NCBI RefSeq assembly: GCF_013122565.1
Contig: NZ_CP053258.1
Reading direction: 5' to 3' (one strand)
Length of the DNA stretch: 64,000 nucleotides
From: Escherichia coli
GTDB lineage: Bacteria > Pseudomonadota > Gammaproteobacteria > Enterobacterales > Enterobacteriaceae
How positions within the stretch are numbered: position 1 is the first letter of the stretch; each line of letters starts with the position of its first letter. The notes beneath the pieces are model-generated. The model was given only the letters and a program-made list of their open reading frames with translations, was not told the DNA's origin and ran no database searches. Made by a program: the position numbers and the translations under genes. Of this stretch, positions 41,712 to 54,221 are shown piece after piece.

Positions 41712-42602
41712 ATGTTTAGACACGTGAAAAAACTTCAATATACAGTACGTGTAAGTGAACCAAACCCAGGCTTAGCTAATCTACTTTTAGAACAATTCGG
41801 CGGCCCACAGGGTGAGCTTGCAGCTGCATGCCGATACTTCACTCAAGGTTTAAGTGATGAAGATGCAGGTCGAAGGGATATGCTGATGGACATAGCAACA
41901 GAAGAACTAAGCCATCTCGAAATTATTGGTTCTCTTGTTGGTATGCTCAACAAAGGTGCAAAAGGAGCACTCGCTGAAGGAACTGAGAATGAAGCGGAGC
42001 TTTACCGTTCCTTAACTCAAAATGGCAATGACAGCCATATAACTTCTCTTCTCTACGGAGGAGGCCCAGCATTAACTAATTCAGCTGGAGTACCCTGGAC
42101 TGCAGCTTATGTTGATACTATTGGCGAAGTCACAGCCGATCTTCGTTCAAATATTGCAGCTGAAGCTCGTGCAAAGATCATTTACGAGCGTCTCATTAAT
42201 GTTACTGATGATCCTGGAGTGAAAGACACTCTGGCATTTTTAATGACCAGGGAAGCAGCACATATGCTTTCTTTTGAAAAAGCATTACATTCAATTCGTA
42301 ACACTTTTCCACCAGGAAAATTACCACCGATTGAGAAGTACAAAAACGTATATTACAACATGTCAGAAGGTGAAGATGTCAGAGGTAGTTGGAACAGTGA
42401 TGAAAACTTTGATTATGTTTCCGATCCAGTTCCAGCTGTTGACGGTGGGGATGGGAAGGCCTCGATAATTCTTTCGACCAAGCAAGAAGCTATGATAAAA
42501 GCTATGGCAACAAGGTTGAAATCCCATGAAGATATCAATCCTGTCACTGGCGCTGAGCTTGCTGAAGGAGAGCCACAAACAAAGGTAAATAGTAAAAACT
42601 AA
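41712..42602 (+). CDS. manganese catalase (KatN-like)
   Basis: 296 aa; ...LAAACRYFTQG...EELSHLEIIGSLV... and ...REAAHMLSFEKAL... typical of di-Mn catalases. Confidence 0.75.
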   Translation: MFRHVKKLQYTVRVSEPNPGLANLLLEQFGGPQGELAAACRYFTQGLSDEDAGRRDMLMDIATEELSHLEIIGSLVGMLNKGAKGALAEGTENEAELYRSLTQNGNDSHITSLLYGGGPALTNSAGVPWTAAYVDTIGEVTADLRSNIAAEARAKIIYERLINVTDDPGVKDTLAFLMTREAAHMLSFEKALHSIRNTFPPGKLPPIEKYKNVYYNMSEGEDVRGSWNSDENFDYVSDPVPAVDGGDGKASIILSTKQEAMIKAMATRLKSHEDINPVTGAELAEGEPQTKVNSKN

Positions 42603-42692
42603 TTATCTTCTGGTATTTAGCTATCTCTCATAAATTTTAATGGCCGCAGAGATATCCTAAGCTCTAGCCACTGAAAATACATTTATATTTCG

Positions 42693-42725
42693 AAGCCCGC
42701 GATATTATAAGCGGGCTTTTATTTT
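42693..42725 (+). terminator. rho-independent terminator after the catalase gene
   Basis: Stem aagcccgc/gcgggctt (8 bp) followed by TTATTTT. Confidence 0.7.
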
Positions 42726-42832
42726 AACCTTCTGGTATTACAGGCCACTCAATATCCGGTGCTACTGATGGCTCAACACGATTCAACAACATCCGATATG
42801 TCTTCCATGCGGCCATTCAACATTTCGCAGAA

Positions 42833-43718
42833 ATGCAACTAAGAGACATTACTGAATCAAAAATTTATTCAGCAATGCAGAAAATGACGAACCGGCGTCA
42901 TGAGGAAAACTGGAAACTCAGGGCAGAAGCATGCAGAAAAAAGGGAAACCTGTTCCAGAATACACGCCAAACCCAGCGTCTGTTGCAACGAAGGCTACGC
43001 ATCTTTCATTTATAAAAGCCCTGCTAAGAGCCGCAGAGCGTGAATAGAAAATGCTGGATAAGGCACCAATTATTAAAGTGCCTCAACCGAAGAATAAACG
43101 GATCCGCTGGCTGGAACCTCATGAAGCACAAAGGCTGATTGATGAATGTCCGGATCCATTAAAGTCTGTTGTTGAATTTGCACTGGCAACAGGTTTAAGA
43201 CGCTCGAACATCATCAACCTTGAATGGCAACAAATAGACATGCAGCGCCGGGTGGCCTGGATAAACCCGGAAGAGAGTAAATCAAACTGCGCGATTTGCG
43301 TTGCGCTGAATGATACTGCATGTCGAGTATTGAAAAAACAAATCGGGAATCACACCGTTGGGTATTTGTGTAAAAGGAAAGCTGTACAAAACCAGACGGA
43401 ACGAAAGCGCCAACAGTCAGGAAGATGCAGTATGACGCAAACACAGCCAGGAAAACGGCGCTGAGACGAGCTGGTATTGATGATTTCAGATTTCACGACT
43501 TGAGACACACCTGGGCAAGTTGGCTGGTTCAAGCCGGAGTCCCGTTGTCAGTGTTACAGGAAATGGGAGGCTGGGAGTCTATCGAAATGGTTCGACAATA
43601 TGCTCACCTCGCACCTAATCACCTTACCGAACACGCACGGCAAATAGACTCGATCCTAAACCCATCGGTCCCAAATTTGTCCCAGTCAAAAAATAAGGAA
43701 GGTACTAACGATGTGTAA
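42833..43718 (+). pseudogene. decayed tyrosine recombinase (phage/island integrase) beside thrW
   Basis: Three consecutive short ORFs in different frames; second and third carry integrase catalytic boxes ([18 protein letters not shown]; [12 protein letters not shown]...MVRQYAHL); N-terminal half absent or degenerate. Confidence 0.75.
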
Positions 43719-43732
43719 CTTATTGATTTAAA

Positions 43733-43808
43733 TGGTGCCGATAAGAGGAGTCGAACCTCCGACCTTCGCATTACGAATGCGCTGCTCTACCAACTGAGCT
43801 ATATCGGC
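43733..43808 (-). tRNA. thrW: tRNA-Thr (anticodon CGU)
   Basis: Minus strand GCCGATATAGCTCAGTTGGTAGAGCAGCGCATTCGTAATGCGAAGGTCGGAGGTTCGACTCCTCTTATCGGCACCA; full cloverleaf, anticodon loop TTCGTAA, encoded CCA. Confidence 0.92.
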
Positions 43809-43922
43809 CCTGAAAGGACATGTTCACGAACGTGAATCACGGTGGACAAGGTTAAAACTAACCGGGCGATGCGTCAATGGCCTTGTGAATCAAATGGCTA
43901 CTTTTGCATCACCCGGTTTTAT

Positions 43923-45176
43923 TTACGCACGAATGGTGTAATCACCAATGCCGATCCACTTGTAAGTGGTCAGTGCTTCCAGCCCCATTGGGCCACGCGC
44001 GTGGAGTTTTTGTGTGCTTACCGCCACTTCCGCACCCAGACCAAACTGGCCGCCGTCGGTAAAACGCGTAGAGGCGTTAACGTAAACAGCGGACGAATCC
44101 ACTTCGTTAACAAAACGCTGGGCGTTGCGCATATCGCGGGTCAGGATCGCATCGGAGTGTTGTGTGCCGTGTTCACGAATATGGGCGATGGCATCGTCAA
44201 GATCGCTGACGATTTTGACGTTCAAATCTAATGACAGAAACTCATCGTCATACTCTTCGGCTTTAACCGCCACCACCTTCGCGGGGCCTGTCTGCAACTG
44301 CGCCAGCGCAGCAGCATCTGCGTGTAACGTCACGCCGCTTTCCGCCATTTGCTTGCTTAATGCGGGCAGGAAGCTATCGGCGATGTTTTTATTTACCAGC
44401 AACGTTTCTACCGTATTACATGTGCTCGGACGCTGAGTTTTCGCGTTGACGATCACTTTTAATGCTTCAGCGATCTCTGCACTTTCATCAACGTAAATAT
44501 GGCATACGCCTATACCACCAGTGATCACCGGGATTGTCGACTGTTCGCGGCACAGTTTATGCAAACCAGCGCCACCACGCGGGATCAGCATGTCGATGTA
44601 TTTATCCATACGCAGCATTTCACTGACCAGCGCACGGTCAGGATTATCAATCGCCTGCACGGCACCCGCCGGTAAGCCACAGGATTTCAGGGCGTCCTGA
44701 ATCACCGCCACCGTTGCCGCGTTAGTGCGACAGGTTTCTTTGCCACCACGCAGGATCACCGCATTACCGGTTTTCAGGCACAGCGAAGCGACATCAACCG
44801 TCACGTTCGGGCGCGCTTCATAAATCACGCCAATAACCCCCAGCGGTACGCGACGACGCTCAAGACGCAGGCCGCTGTCCAGTACGCCGCCATCGATTAC
44901 CTGCCCCACCGGATCGGCGAGATTGCACACCTGGCGCACATCGTCGGCAATGCCTTTCAGCCGTGCGGGCGTCAGTGCCAGACGGTCAAGCATCGCTTCG
45001 CTAAGGCCATTGGCACGCGCGTCAGCAACATCCTGGGCGTTAGCGTTGAGGATGATTTCGCTTTGTGCTTCCAGTTCATCGGCGATTTTTTCCAGCACGC
45101 GATTTTTTTCGCGGCTGGAGAGTTGCGCTAATTTATACGAGGCTTGCTTCGCGGCAATGCCCATTTGTTCCAGCAT
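43923..45176 (-). CDS. proA: gamma-glutamyl phosphate reductase
   Basis: 417-aa [41 protein letters not shown]... Confidence 0.93.
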   Translation of the reverse strand: MLEQMGIAAKQASYKLAQLSSREKNRVLEKIADELEAQSEIILNANAQDVADARANGLSEAMLDRLALTPARLKGIADDVRQVCNLADPVGQVIDGGVLDSGLRLERRRVPLGVIGVIYEARPNVTVDVASLCLKTGNAVILRGGKETCRTNAATVAVIQDALKSCGLPAGAVQAIDNPDRALVSEMLRMDKYIDMLIPRGGAGLHKLCREQSTIPVITGGIGVCHIYVDESAEIAEALKVIVNAKTQRPSTCNTVETLLVNKNIADSFLPALSKQMAESGVTLHADAAALAQLQTGPAKVVAVKAEEYDDEFLSLDLNVKIVSDLDDAIAHIREHGTQHSDAILTRDMRNAQRFVNEVDSSAVYVNASTRFTDGGQFGLGAEVAVSTQKLHARGPMGLEALTTYKWIGIGDYTIRA

Positions 45177-45187
45177 CAGCCTGCTCC

Positions 45188-46291
45188 TTAACGGGTAATC
45201 ATGTCATCACGGTGAACGGCAACCGGGCCGTATTCATATCCCAGTATTGCATCAATTTCTTGCGAGTGGTGTCCGGCAATACGGCGTAATGCATCGCTGT
45301 TGTAACGACTGACGCCGTGAGCGATATCGCGACCTTCGAGGTTGCAAATGCGGATGACTTCACCACGCGAGAAATTGCCAGTCACGCTTTTAATGCCTTT
45401 CGGCAACAGGGAGCTGCCGCGTTCAAGAATGGCGGCAGTTGCCCCTTCATCTACCGTGATTTCACCCGCCGGCGGCGCACCGAAAATCCAGCGTTTACGG
45501 TTTTCAAGCGGAGTCGCCTGGGCATGGAACAACGTACCGACGGAAATGCCTTCCATCACATCACCAATAACGCCCGGCTTGCTGCCCGCGGCAATAATGG
45601 TGTCGATACCCGCACGGCAAGCCACGTCTGCGGCCTGCAATTTGGTACTCATGCCGCCAGTTCCGAGGCCTGAAACGCTGTCACCGGCAATCGCGCGCAG
45701 TGCGTCATCAATGCCGTAAACATCTTTAATCAGTTCTGCCTGCGGATTGCTGCGCGGGTCAGCGGTATACAAACCTTTTTGATCGGTCAGCAGCAACAGT
45801 TTATCGGCACCCGCCAGAATCGCCGCCAGCGCAGAAAGGTTATCGTTATCGCCGACCTTAATCTCTGCCGTAGCGACAGCATCGTTCTCATTGATTACCG
45901 GAACGATATTGTTATCGAGCAACGCTCGCAGGGTGTCGCGGGCGTTCAGGAAGCGTTCACGGTCTTCCATATCAGCACGGGTCAGCAGCATCTGCCCGAC
46001 GTGAATGCCATAAATCGAAAACAGCTGTTCCCACAGTTGAATCAGTCGACTCTGCCCTACCGCCGCCAGCAGTTGTTTCGAGGCGATAGTCGCTGGCAGT
46101 TCCGGGTAACCCAGGTGCTCACGTCCGGCGGCGATCGCGCCCGACGTCACAATAACAATCCGATGCCCGGCGGCATGTAACTGCGCGCACTGGCGAACAA
46201 GTTCAACGATATGGGCACGGTTCAGGCGGCGCGATCCGCCTGTTAGCACACTGGTGCCGAGTTTTACCACCAGCGTCTGGCTGTCACTCAT
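45188..46291 (-). CDS. proB: glutamate 5-kinase
   Basis: Start at [19 protein letters not shown] (367 aa); ORF track starts 29 codons upstream. Confidence 0.92.
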
Positions 46292-46479
46292 GATTCTCTG
46301 CCATTCAATTTTAGGAAAAATGATATCAAACGAACGTTTTAGCAGGACTGTCGTCGGTTGCCAACCATCTGCGAGCAAAGCATGGCGTTTTGTTGCGCGG
46401 GATCAGCAAGCGTAGCGGCAGTTGTTTACGCTTTTATTACAGATTTAATAAATTACCACATTTTCAGAATATTATTAAT

Positions 46480-46497
46480 CTGTAATATATCTTTAAC
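46480..46497 (+). promoter_or_regulatory. Pho box (PhoB binding site) of phoE promoter
   Basis: CTGTAATATATCTTTAAC, about 80 nt upstream of phoE start. Confidence 0.65.
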
Positions 46498-46578
46498 AAT
46501 CTCAGGTTAAAAACTTTCCTGTTTTCAACGGGACTCTCCCGCTGAATATTCGCGCGTTAATTAAAATCAGGAATGAAA

Positions 46579-47634
46579 ATGAAAAAGAGCACTCTGGCAT
46601 TAGTGGTGATGGGCATTGTGGCATCTGCATCCATACAGGCCGCAGAAATATATAACAAAGATGGTAATAAACTGGATGTCTATGGCAAAGTTAAAGCCAT
46701 GCATTATATGAGTGATAATGACAGTAAAGATGGCGACCAGAGTTATATCCGTTTTGGTTTTAAAGGTGAAACACAAATTAACGATCAACTGACTGGTTAT
46801 GGTAGGTGGGAAGCAGAGTTTGCCGGTAATAAAGCGGAGAGTGATACTGCACAGCAAAAAACACGTCTCGCTTTTGCCGGATTGAAATATAAAGATTTGG
46901 GTTCTTTCGATTATGGTCGTAACCTGGGCGCGTTGTATGACGTGGAAGCCTGGACCGATATGTTCCCGGAATTTGGTGGCGACTCCTCCGCACAGACCGA
47001 CAACTTTATGACCAAACGCGCCAGCGGTCTGGCGACGTATCGGAACACCGACTTCTTCGGCGTTATCGATGGCCTGAACTTAACCCTGCAATATCAAGGG
47101 AAAAACGAAAACCGCGACGTTAAAAAGCAAAACGGCGATGGCTTCGGCACGTCATTGACATATGACTTTGGCGGCAGCGATTTCGCCATTAGTGGGGCCT
47201 ATACCAACTCAGATCGCACCAACGAGCAGAACCTGCAAAGCCGTGGCACAGGCAAGCGTGCAGAAGCATGGGCAACAGGTCTGAAATACGATGCCAATAA
47301 TATTTATCTGGCAACTTTCTATTCTGAAACACGCAAAATGACGCCAATAACTGGCGGCTTTGCCAATAAGACACAGAACTTTGAAGCGGTCGCTCAATAC
47401 CAGTTTGACTTTGGTCTGCGTCCATCGCTGGGTTATGTCTTATCGAAAGGGAAAGATATTGAAGGTATCGGTGATGAAGATCTGGTCAATTATATCGATG
47501 TTGGTGCTACGTATTATTTCAACAAAAATATGTCAGCCTTTGTTGATTATAAAATCAACCAACTGGATAGCGATAACAAATTGAATATTAATAATGATGA
47601 TATTGTCGCGGTTGGCATGACCTATCAGTTTTAA
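46579..47634 (+). CDS. phoE: phosphate-starvation porin PhoE
   Basis: Start at [21 protein letters not shown] (351 aa); ends ...VGMTYQF. Confidence 0.93.
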   Translation: MKKSTLALVVMGIVASASIQAAEIYNKDGNKLDVYGKVKAMHYMSDNDSKDGDQSYIRFGFKGETQINDQLTGYGRWEAEFAGNKAESDTAQQKTRLAFAGLKYKDLGSFDYGRNLGALYDVEAWTDMFPEFGGDSSAQTDNFMTKRASGLATYRNTDFFGVIDGLNLTLQYQGKNENRDVKKQNGDGFGTSLTYDFGGSDFAISGAYTNSDRTNEQNLQSRGTGKRAEAWATGLKYDANNIYLATFYSETRKMTPITGGFANKTQNFEAVAQYQFDFGLRPSLGYVLSKGKDIEGIGDEDLVNYIDVGATYYFNKNMSAFVDYKINQLDSDNKLNINNDDIVAVGMTYQF

Positions 47635-47672
47635 TGGATATTGCCGGATGTGATGCATCCGGCACATTTCAC

Positions 47673-48131
<459 letters not shown>

Positions 48132-49376
48132 TTAACACAAACGTTTTTCGATCCAGTCGGTGATTTCCTGAAGACCTTTGTCAAAATTCCGATACACCGG
48201 GTTAAATGGGATCTCTAATAATTTACCGTCAGCAGATGATGAGGTGATTAAGCGTGAGTCCTCTTCCGGGCTGAACGGATCGTTCTTCCAGTAGCCTGAT
48301 AACATTGGCGTTGGGCAGCGACGTCCCAGCAATCCTTGCACTTTTAATGAATAGCGATTCAGCTCCACGCGCAACGCTTCGTCGGAAGCATCATGCATCC
48401 CCAAACGACTCGCCAGAACGTCAAGATACATTTCCGGCACCTGTTGCTGGCACTTAAAATCACTCAACAGGGTATGAACTACCGGACCAAGACAGGCAAC
48501 CGCTTTCAGACGCGGCGATTCAAGGTATGCCAGACGCACTGCAACGTTAGCGCCGAAACGGAAACCAAAGGCCGCGACGCGAGTGTGATCCACCCACGGT
48601 ACGTTAGGCAGCGCCTTTAAGACGTGCTGATGCAACAGGCTGGAGTCCTGGGTGAGCTTCCATTTTGAAGAAAAGCCCACCGACGGCATATCAATAGTCA
48701 GCATCGCAATGCCGCGCGGCGCAAAATAACGTTCATACAGGCTGTAATAGTCCGTCTGCATCGCATCCAGACCACCACACATTAATACTGTCGGGAACGG
48801 GCCATCGCCTTTCGGCATATGCAAAAAGCCGGTGATGGGCGCACCGCCGGGTACGGTAAACTCCATCTGCCGCATCGTGCCCGGCAGACGCTGAGCGGCC
48901 TCTTCATAGGCGCGGTTTGACAAAGCCTGCGCTTGCTCAGCCAGGTCATCTCCTTTCAGATGAGGATAGGCGGCAATGTTGTACAACGTAGCCGCATGAA
49001 GCCAGTGTCGACCACTGAGTTGCGGATCTTCTTCCGCACAGGCTTTTTGTTGCCACACCATCGCCTGGGTGGCCCACTCATAAATCCAGTTGCCGCCGCG
49101 GTAGCCAATCACCGTATCGTATAAATCATCGTCGGTACGTTCGGCATCGCTCATCACAATACGGGCCTGGACGTCGAGGATTTCACGTGGGTCAATGCCG
49201 CGCCAGATCCACATCAGACGGTTAATCATGCGATACCAGTGAGGGATGGTTTTACCATCAAGGGCCGACTGCACAGGCGGTTGTGCGCCGTGATTAAAGC
49301 GGCGGACTAGCGTCGAGGTTTCAGGATGTTTAAAGCGGGGTTTGAACAGGGTTTCGCTCAGGTTTGCCTGTGTCAT
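48132..49376 (-). CDS. frsA: esterase FrsA (alpha/beta hydrolase)
   Basis: 414-aa [30 protein letters not shown]... Confidence 0.9.
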
Positions 49377-49467
49377 GGATGCAGCCTCCAGAATACTTAC
49401 TGGAAACTATTGTAACCTGCCTGAAGTTAAAAAGAACAACGCCCGGCAGTGCCAGGCGTTGAAAAGA

Positions 49468-49926
49468 TTAGCGACCGGAGATTGGCGGGACGAATACGAC
49501 GCCCATATCCCACGGCTGTTCGATCCAGGTATCTTGTGGGATATCAACAACATAATCATCAACCAGCGGACGACCAGCCGGTTTTGCGAAGATGGTGACA
49601 AAGTGCGCTTTTGGATACATTTCGCGGATTGCCACTGCAGTACCACCGGTATCCACCAGGTCATCAATTACGATGAAGCCTTCGCCATCGCCTTCTGCGC
49701 GTTTCAGCACTTTAAGCTCGCGCTGGTTGTCGTGATCGTAGCTGGAAATACAAACGGTATCGACATGACGAATACCCAGTTCACGCGCCAGTAACGCACC
49801 CGGTACCAGACCGCCACGGCTTACGGCAATAATGCCTTTCCATTGTTCAGAAGGCATCAGTCGGCTTGCGAGTTTACGTGCATGGATCTGCAACATGTCC
49901 CAGGTGACGATGTATTTTTCGCTCAT
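49468..49926 (-). CDS. gpt: xanthine-guanine phosphoribosyltransferase
   Basis: 152-aa [42 protein letters not shown]... Confidence 0.93.
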
Positions 49927-50186
49927 GTGAAGTGTCCCAGCCTGTTTATCTACGGCTTAAAAAGTGTTCGAGGGGAAAATAGGTTGCGCGAGATTATAGA
50001 GATCTGGCGCACTAAAAACCAGTATTTCACATGAGTCCGCGTCTTTTTACGCACTGCCTCTCCCTGACGCGGGATAAAGTGGTATTCTCAAACATATCTC
50101 GCAAGCCTGTCTTGTGTTGACAACATTTTCTGCTAACCCTGTGACCTGCAATACTGTTTTGCGGGTGATCGACAAGGAGACTTAAC

Positions 50187-51644
50187 GTGTCTGAACTGTC
50201 TCAATTATCTCCACAGCCGCTGTGGGATATTTTTGCCAAAATCTGTTCTATTCCTCACCCGTCCTATCATGAAGAGCAACTCGCTGAATACATTGTTGGT
50301 TGGGCAAAAGAGAAAGGTTTCCATGTCGAACGCGATCAGGTAGGTAATATCCTGATTCGTAAACCTGCTACCGCAGGTATGGAAAATCGTAAACCGGTCG
50401 TCTTACAGGCCCACCTCGATATGGTGCCGCAGAAAAATAACGACACCGTGCATGACTTCACGAAAGATCCTATCCAGCCTTATATTGATGGCGAATGGGT
50501 TAAAGCGCGCGGCACCACGCTGGGTGCAGATAACGGCATTGGTATGGCGTCTGCGCTGGCGGTTCTGGCTGACGAAAACGTGGTTCACGGCCCGCTGGAA
50601 GTGCTGCTGACCATGACCGAAGAAGCCGGTATGGACGGTGCGTTCGGCTTACAGAGCAACTGGTTGCAGGCTGATATTCTGATTAACACCGACTCCGAAG
50701 AAGAAGGTGAAATCTACATGGGTTGTGCGGGGGGTATCGACTTCACCTCCAACCTGCATTTAGATCGTGAAGCGGTTCCAGCTGGTTTTGAAACCTTCAA
50801 GTTAACCTTAAAAGGTCTGAAAGGCGGTCACTCCGGCGGTGAAATCCACGTTGGCCTGGGTAATGCCAACAAACTGCTGGTGCGCTTCCTGGCGGGTCAT
50901 GCAGAAGAACTGGACCTGCGTCTTATTGATTTCAACGGCGGCACACTGCGTAACGCCATCCCGCGTGAAGCCTTTGCGACCATTGCTGTCGCAGCTGATA
51001 AAGTCGACGCCCTGAAATCTCTGGTGAATACTTATCAGGAGATCCTGAAAAACGAGCTGGCAGAGAAAGAGAAAAATCTGGCCTTGTTGCTGGACTCTGT
51101 AGCGAACGATAAAGCTGCCCTGATTGCGAAATCTCGCGATACCTTTATTCGTCTGCTGAACGCCACCCCGAACGGTGTGATCCGCAATTCCGACGTGGCA
51201 AAAGGTGTGGTCGAAACCTCCCTGAACGTCGGTGTTGTAACCATGACCGACAACAACGTAGAAATTCACTGTCTGATCCGTTCTCTGATCGACAGCGGTA
51301 AAGACTACGTGGTGAGCATGCTTGATTCGCTGGGTAAACTGGCTGGCGCGAAAACCGAAGCGAAAGGCGCATATCCTGGCTGGCAGCCGGACGCTAATTC
51401 TCCGGTGATGCATCTGGTACGTGAAACCTATCAGCGCCTGTTCAACAAGACGCCGAACATCCAGATTATCCACGCGGGCCTGGAATGTGGTCTGTTCAAA
51501 AAACCGTATCCGGAAATGGACATGGTTTCTATCGGGCCAACAATCACCGGTCCACACTCTCCGGATGAGCAAGTTCACATCGAAAGCGTAGGTCACTACT
51601 GGACACTGCTGACTGAACTGCTGAAAGAAATTCCGGCGAAGTAA
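50187..51644 (+). CDS. pepD: cytosol nonspecific dipeptidase PepD
   Basis: 485-aa GTG-start ORF MSELSQLSPQPLWDIFAKICSIPHPSYHEEQLAEYIVGWAKEKGF... Confidence 0.92.
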   Translation: MSELSQLSPQPLWDIFAKICSIPHPSYHEEQLAEYIVGWAKEKGFHVERDQVGNILIRKPATAGMENRKPVVLQAHLDMVPQKNNDTVHDFTKDPIQPYIDGEWVKARGTTLGADNGIGMASALAVLADENVVHGPLEVLLTMTEEAGMDGAFGLQSNWLQADILINTDSEEEGEIYMGCAGGIDFTSNLHLDREAVPAGFETFKLTLKGLKGGHSGGEIHVGLGNANKLLVRFLAGHAEELDLRLIDFNGGTLRNAIPREAFATIAVAADKVDALKSLVNTYQEILKNELAEKEKNLALLLDSVANDKAALIAKSRDTFIRLLNATPNGVIRNSDVAKGVVETSLNVGVVTMTDNNVEIHCLIRSLIDSGKDYVVSMLDSLGKLAGAKTEAKGAYPGWQPDANSPVMHLVRETYQRLFNKTPNIQIIHAGLECGLFKKPYPEMDMVSIGPTITGPHSPDEQVHIESVGHYWTLLTELLKEIPAK

Positions 51645-51700
51645 TTATTTGATTTGCTGCCGGATGGCGTTCAATCACCTTCCGGCAGTTTCATCCTTCA

Positions 51701-52315
51701 TTATCCTTCGATAAAAGCCATCCCTGTAAATGTCCGTCGCGGGTTGCCACGTTCAATCTGGTGATGGAACATTCGCCGCTGCGATTTCAGCACCGCGCTA
51801 TTCTCCTGTTGCTGTTGTTCCAGCTTCCAGGCAATCAGCAATCGCGCCAGCCGTTTGTTAGCATGCTGGCTGCGCTCTGACTGAACCTTCACGCTAATAC
51901 CGGATGCCAGATGCGTGGCACGTACCGCCGAGTCGGTTTTATTGACATGTTGACCGCCCGGCCCCGACGAACGCAGCGTCTCATACCGGATCGCATCGGA
52001 TTGCCCCTGCTCATCAGCGGTAAAACGCCCAATGCCCAGAAACCAGTTTTTACGCCCGTGATGTGGGCGATACGGGCTCGGGCAAATCCACTGAATAGTG
52101 CCACACCAGCTTTCGCTTAACGCCCATGCGTTGTCGCCATCCAGAGAAATCAGCGCCGAACGCAGCGTGTCAGAGTAGCGGCCTGTTTCTGTTTCCAGCA
52201 CCGTTACCGCGACGTCTTGTCGGGCAGTTTCTTTAATTAGCCTGTCCAGCGCCTTTTTCACTGCGAGACAACATTCTTCCGGCCCCTGCGCTGAGGAGAG
52301 TTGTAGCAAGATCAT
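51701..52315 (-). CDS. prfH: release-factor-like protein PrfH (GGQ motif, no codon-recognition domain), apparently intact
   Basis: Start at [21 protein letters not shown] (204 aa) overlapping rtcB stop in ATGA; GGQ motif in [11 protein letters not shown]. Confidence 0.8.
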   Translation of the reverse strand: MILLQLSSAQGPEECCLAVKKALDRLIKETARQDVAVTVLETETGRYSDTLRSALISLDGDNAWALSESWCGTIQWICPSPYRPHHGRKNWFLGIGRFTADEQGQSDAIRYETLRSSGPGGQHVNKTDSAVRATHLASGISVKVQSERSQHANKRLARLLIAWKLEQQQQENSAVLKSQRRMFHHQIERGNPRRTFTGMAFIEG

Positions 52316-53463
52316 CCTTTTTTCCCTCCACTGTTTTTGAGCGTTAGCACCGGACGCAGTCGCGCGACAGGAATAATTAACCCAGCCTGCACCAGACATT
52401 GCACCACGCTTTCAGCCGATTTATAAGCTTGTGGCGCTTCTTCAAAGATGAGTTGTTTATCGCGACAAATTACCCGGCTGCCAAGTTCAGTACGCGAGAG
52501 TTGCGTCACCGTGTATTTCGCTGCCAGACGCCCTTTACAATCGGTGCGCCCCCATTTACGCCCAGCCCCATGCGCCAGCGAATGCAATGTTTCCTCACTC
52601 CTGACGGGCTGAACCAGCCAGGAGTAATCACCGCGTGAACCGGGAATAACCACCAGACCACAGTCATCAGGCGTGGCACCTTTACGATGTAAGACCCCTT
52701 GTTGATCACCGATTCGACACGCGCTAACAAAGTTATGCGCCACATCCAGAACCGGACTTCCGGTGGCCTTAACCTGTTGCATTATGCGCAAAGCGATCAG
52801 CTGGCGATTAATACGCGCAAACGCCAGCGCATCGTCATGTTCCGCAATATAACGTAGCGCGTCGTCACTGCCTTCAGGCAAACCATGATGCGAAAACGAG
52901 GCAATATGCCGCTGTAAAATAGACTGCCCTAAACCACGCGAGCCGCTATGAACCAACAGTTGCAGATGCTGCGCATCCAGACCTGCCAGTGCAAACAGTT
53001 CAGCGTTGATGATTTGATCAACTTGTTGCAGTTCAGCGAAATGATTGCCGCCACCGATAGAGCCAAGCGAGCTGCGCCACGGATGCTGTGCAAATGCTGA
53101 CGGCAGGTTTTCCTCCAGCCAGCTTTCTTCAGCAACGTCATCCAAAGCTGATAATCGCTTTTCAAACTTATCGGCGTTGTATTTGCGAGCGAGAATATCT
53201 GTTTGCCATAGCGCCATGCCGCAGCCGATATCATTGCCGACCAGTGCCGGGTAAAAACGACCAACTGAGAAGAACGCTGCGCCAATCGGGTAGCCGCGTC
53301 CGGGATGTAAATCTGGCATCCCCACTACGCGCTGCATGTTGGGTAAATTTGCCGTGGTGTGTAATTGTTGGATCGCTAAACTCTCGATCCACAGGTCATC
53401 AGATGCGATGGTAAATACCGCATCGGATAAGGGACGAATATATTTGCCCATGTACCATTCCAT
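52312..53463 (-). CDS. RtcB-family RNA ligase paralogue (RtcB2), apparently intact
   Basis: 383-aa ORF with RtcB-like His/Cys-rich segments (...[16 protein letters not shown]..., ...[10 protein letters not shown]..., ...AHGAGRK...); translationally coupled to prfH. Confidence 0.75.
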   Translation of the reverse strand: MEWYMGKYIRPLSDAVFTIASDDLWIESLAIQQLHTTANLPNMQRVVGMPDLHPGRGYPIGAAFFSVGRFYPALVGNDIGCGMALWQTDILARKYNADKFEKRLSALDDVAEESWLEENLPSAFAQHPWRSSLGSIGGGNHFAELQQVDQIINAELFALAGLDAQHLQLLVHSGSRGLGQSILQRHIASFSHHGLPEGSDDALRYIAEHDDALAFARINRQLIALRIMQQVKATGSPVLDVAHNFVSACRIGDQQGVLHRKGATPDDCGLVVIPGSRGDYSWLVQPVRSEETLHSLAHGAGRKWGRTDCKGRLAAKYTVTQLSRTELGSRVICRDKQLIFEEAPQAYKSAESVVQCLVQAGLIIPVARLRPVLTLKNSGGKKG

Positions 53464-53464
53464 T

Positions 53465-53600
53465 TATACTCGTCATACTTCAAGTTGCATGTACTGCGAC
53501 TGCGTTCGTTCACCCCAGTCACTTACTTTAGTAAGCTCCTGGCGATTCACTCGCTTGTCACCTTCCTGCAACTCGAATTATTTAGAGTATATAAATATTA
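53465..53600. repeat. ERIC/IRU-like intergenic repeat
   Basis: Minus strand contains GTGAATCgCCAGGAGCTTACtAAAGTAAGTGACTGGGGTGAaCGAACGCAGTCGCAGTACATGCAACTTGAAGTATGACGAGTATA, close to the ERIC consensus as I remember it. Confidence 0.55.
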
Positions 53601-53768
53601 AAAATCAGGAAATGGCAGACGAATCCAGGGCAAGAAAAAAGAATTAATCCTGGAAAGGTCTGCAAAGAGTCATTGATAAAGGATTTGTCATGATTTACCT
53701 CCTTGCAGTTTGTGGAATCAGAAAACGCGCACATACTAGGCGGGCGTTATTTTCATTGCAAGCTGGAT

Positions 53769-54221
53769 TTAATGTTGCGGTTTATATCGCATATAAAAAT
53801 TAGTAAACCACGCACCCCGGCATTCAACGCGCTGCTGCTTAACTGTCTGAAAACCATAACGTTCAAAAAAGGGTTTTGCGGTTATGCTGGCGTCCACCGT
53901 AAGTTCGGATTCAGACTTAATCCAAGGTTTTAACAAAGCACTGGCAACCCCACGGCGGGTGTATTCAGGGTCAACAAATAACATATCGATATAATGTTCA
54001 ATGCGGGAAATAAAACCAACCGGTTGTGCATTAATGACTGCAACCCGCACTTGTGATTTCGCGAGTTTCTCCTTCCAGCGAGATTCGTCAATCTGCGCCC
54101 AGACTGCAATTTGTTGTGGTGAATAATGCTCACTGGCTGTCATCGTAACCGCTCTAATGAAAATAGCGCATAGTTGCTGAAAATCGCCAGGCTGATAGTT
54201 TCTTATTTGTATGTTATTCAT
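53769..54221 (-). CDS. yafP: GNAT-family acetyltransferase YafP
   Basis: 150-aa [28 protein letters not shown]...; start overlaps dinB stop (ATGA). Confidence 0.85.
   Translation of the reverse strand: MNNIQIRNYQPGDFQQLCAIFIRAVTMTASEHYSPQQIAVWAQIDESRWKEKLAKSQVRVAVINAQPVGFISRIEHYIDMLFVDPEYTRRGVASALLKPWIKSESELTVDASITAKPFFERYGFQTVKQQRVECRGAWFTNFYMRYKPQH

Noticed and set aside
42833-43015. 60-aa ORF upstream of the integrase fragments as an independent gene
   Set aside because: It is in line with the integrase remnants and is more likely part of the decayed N-terminal half than a separate protein.
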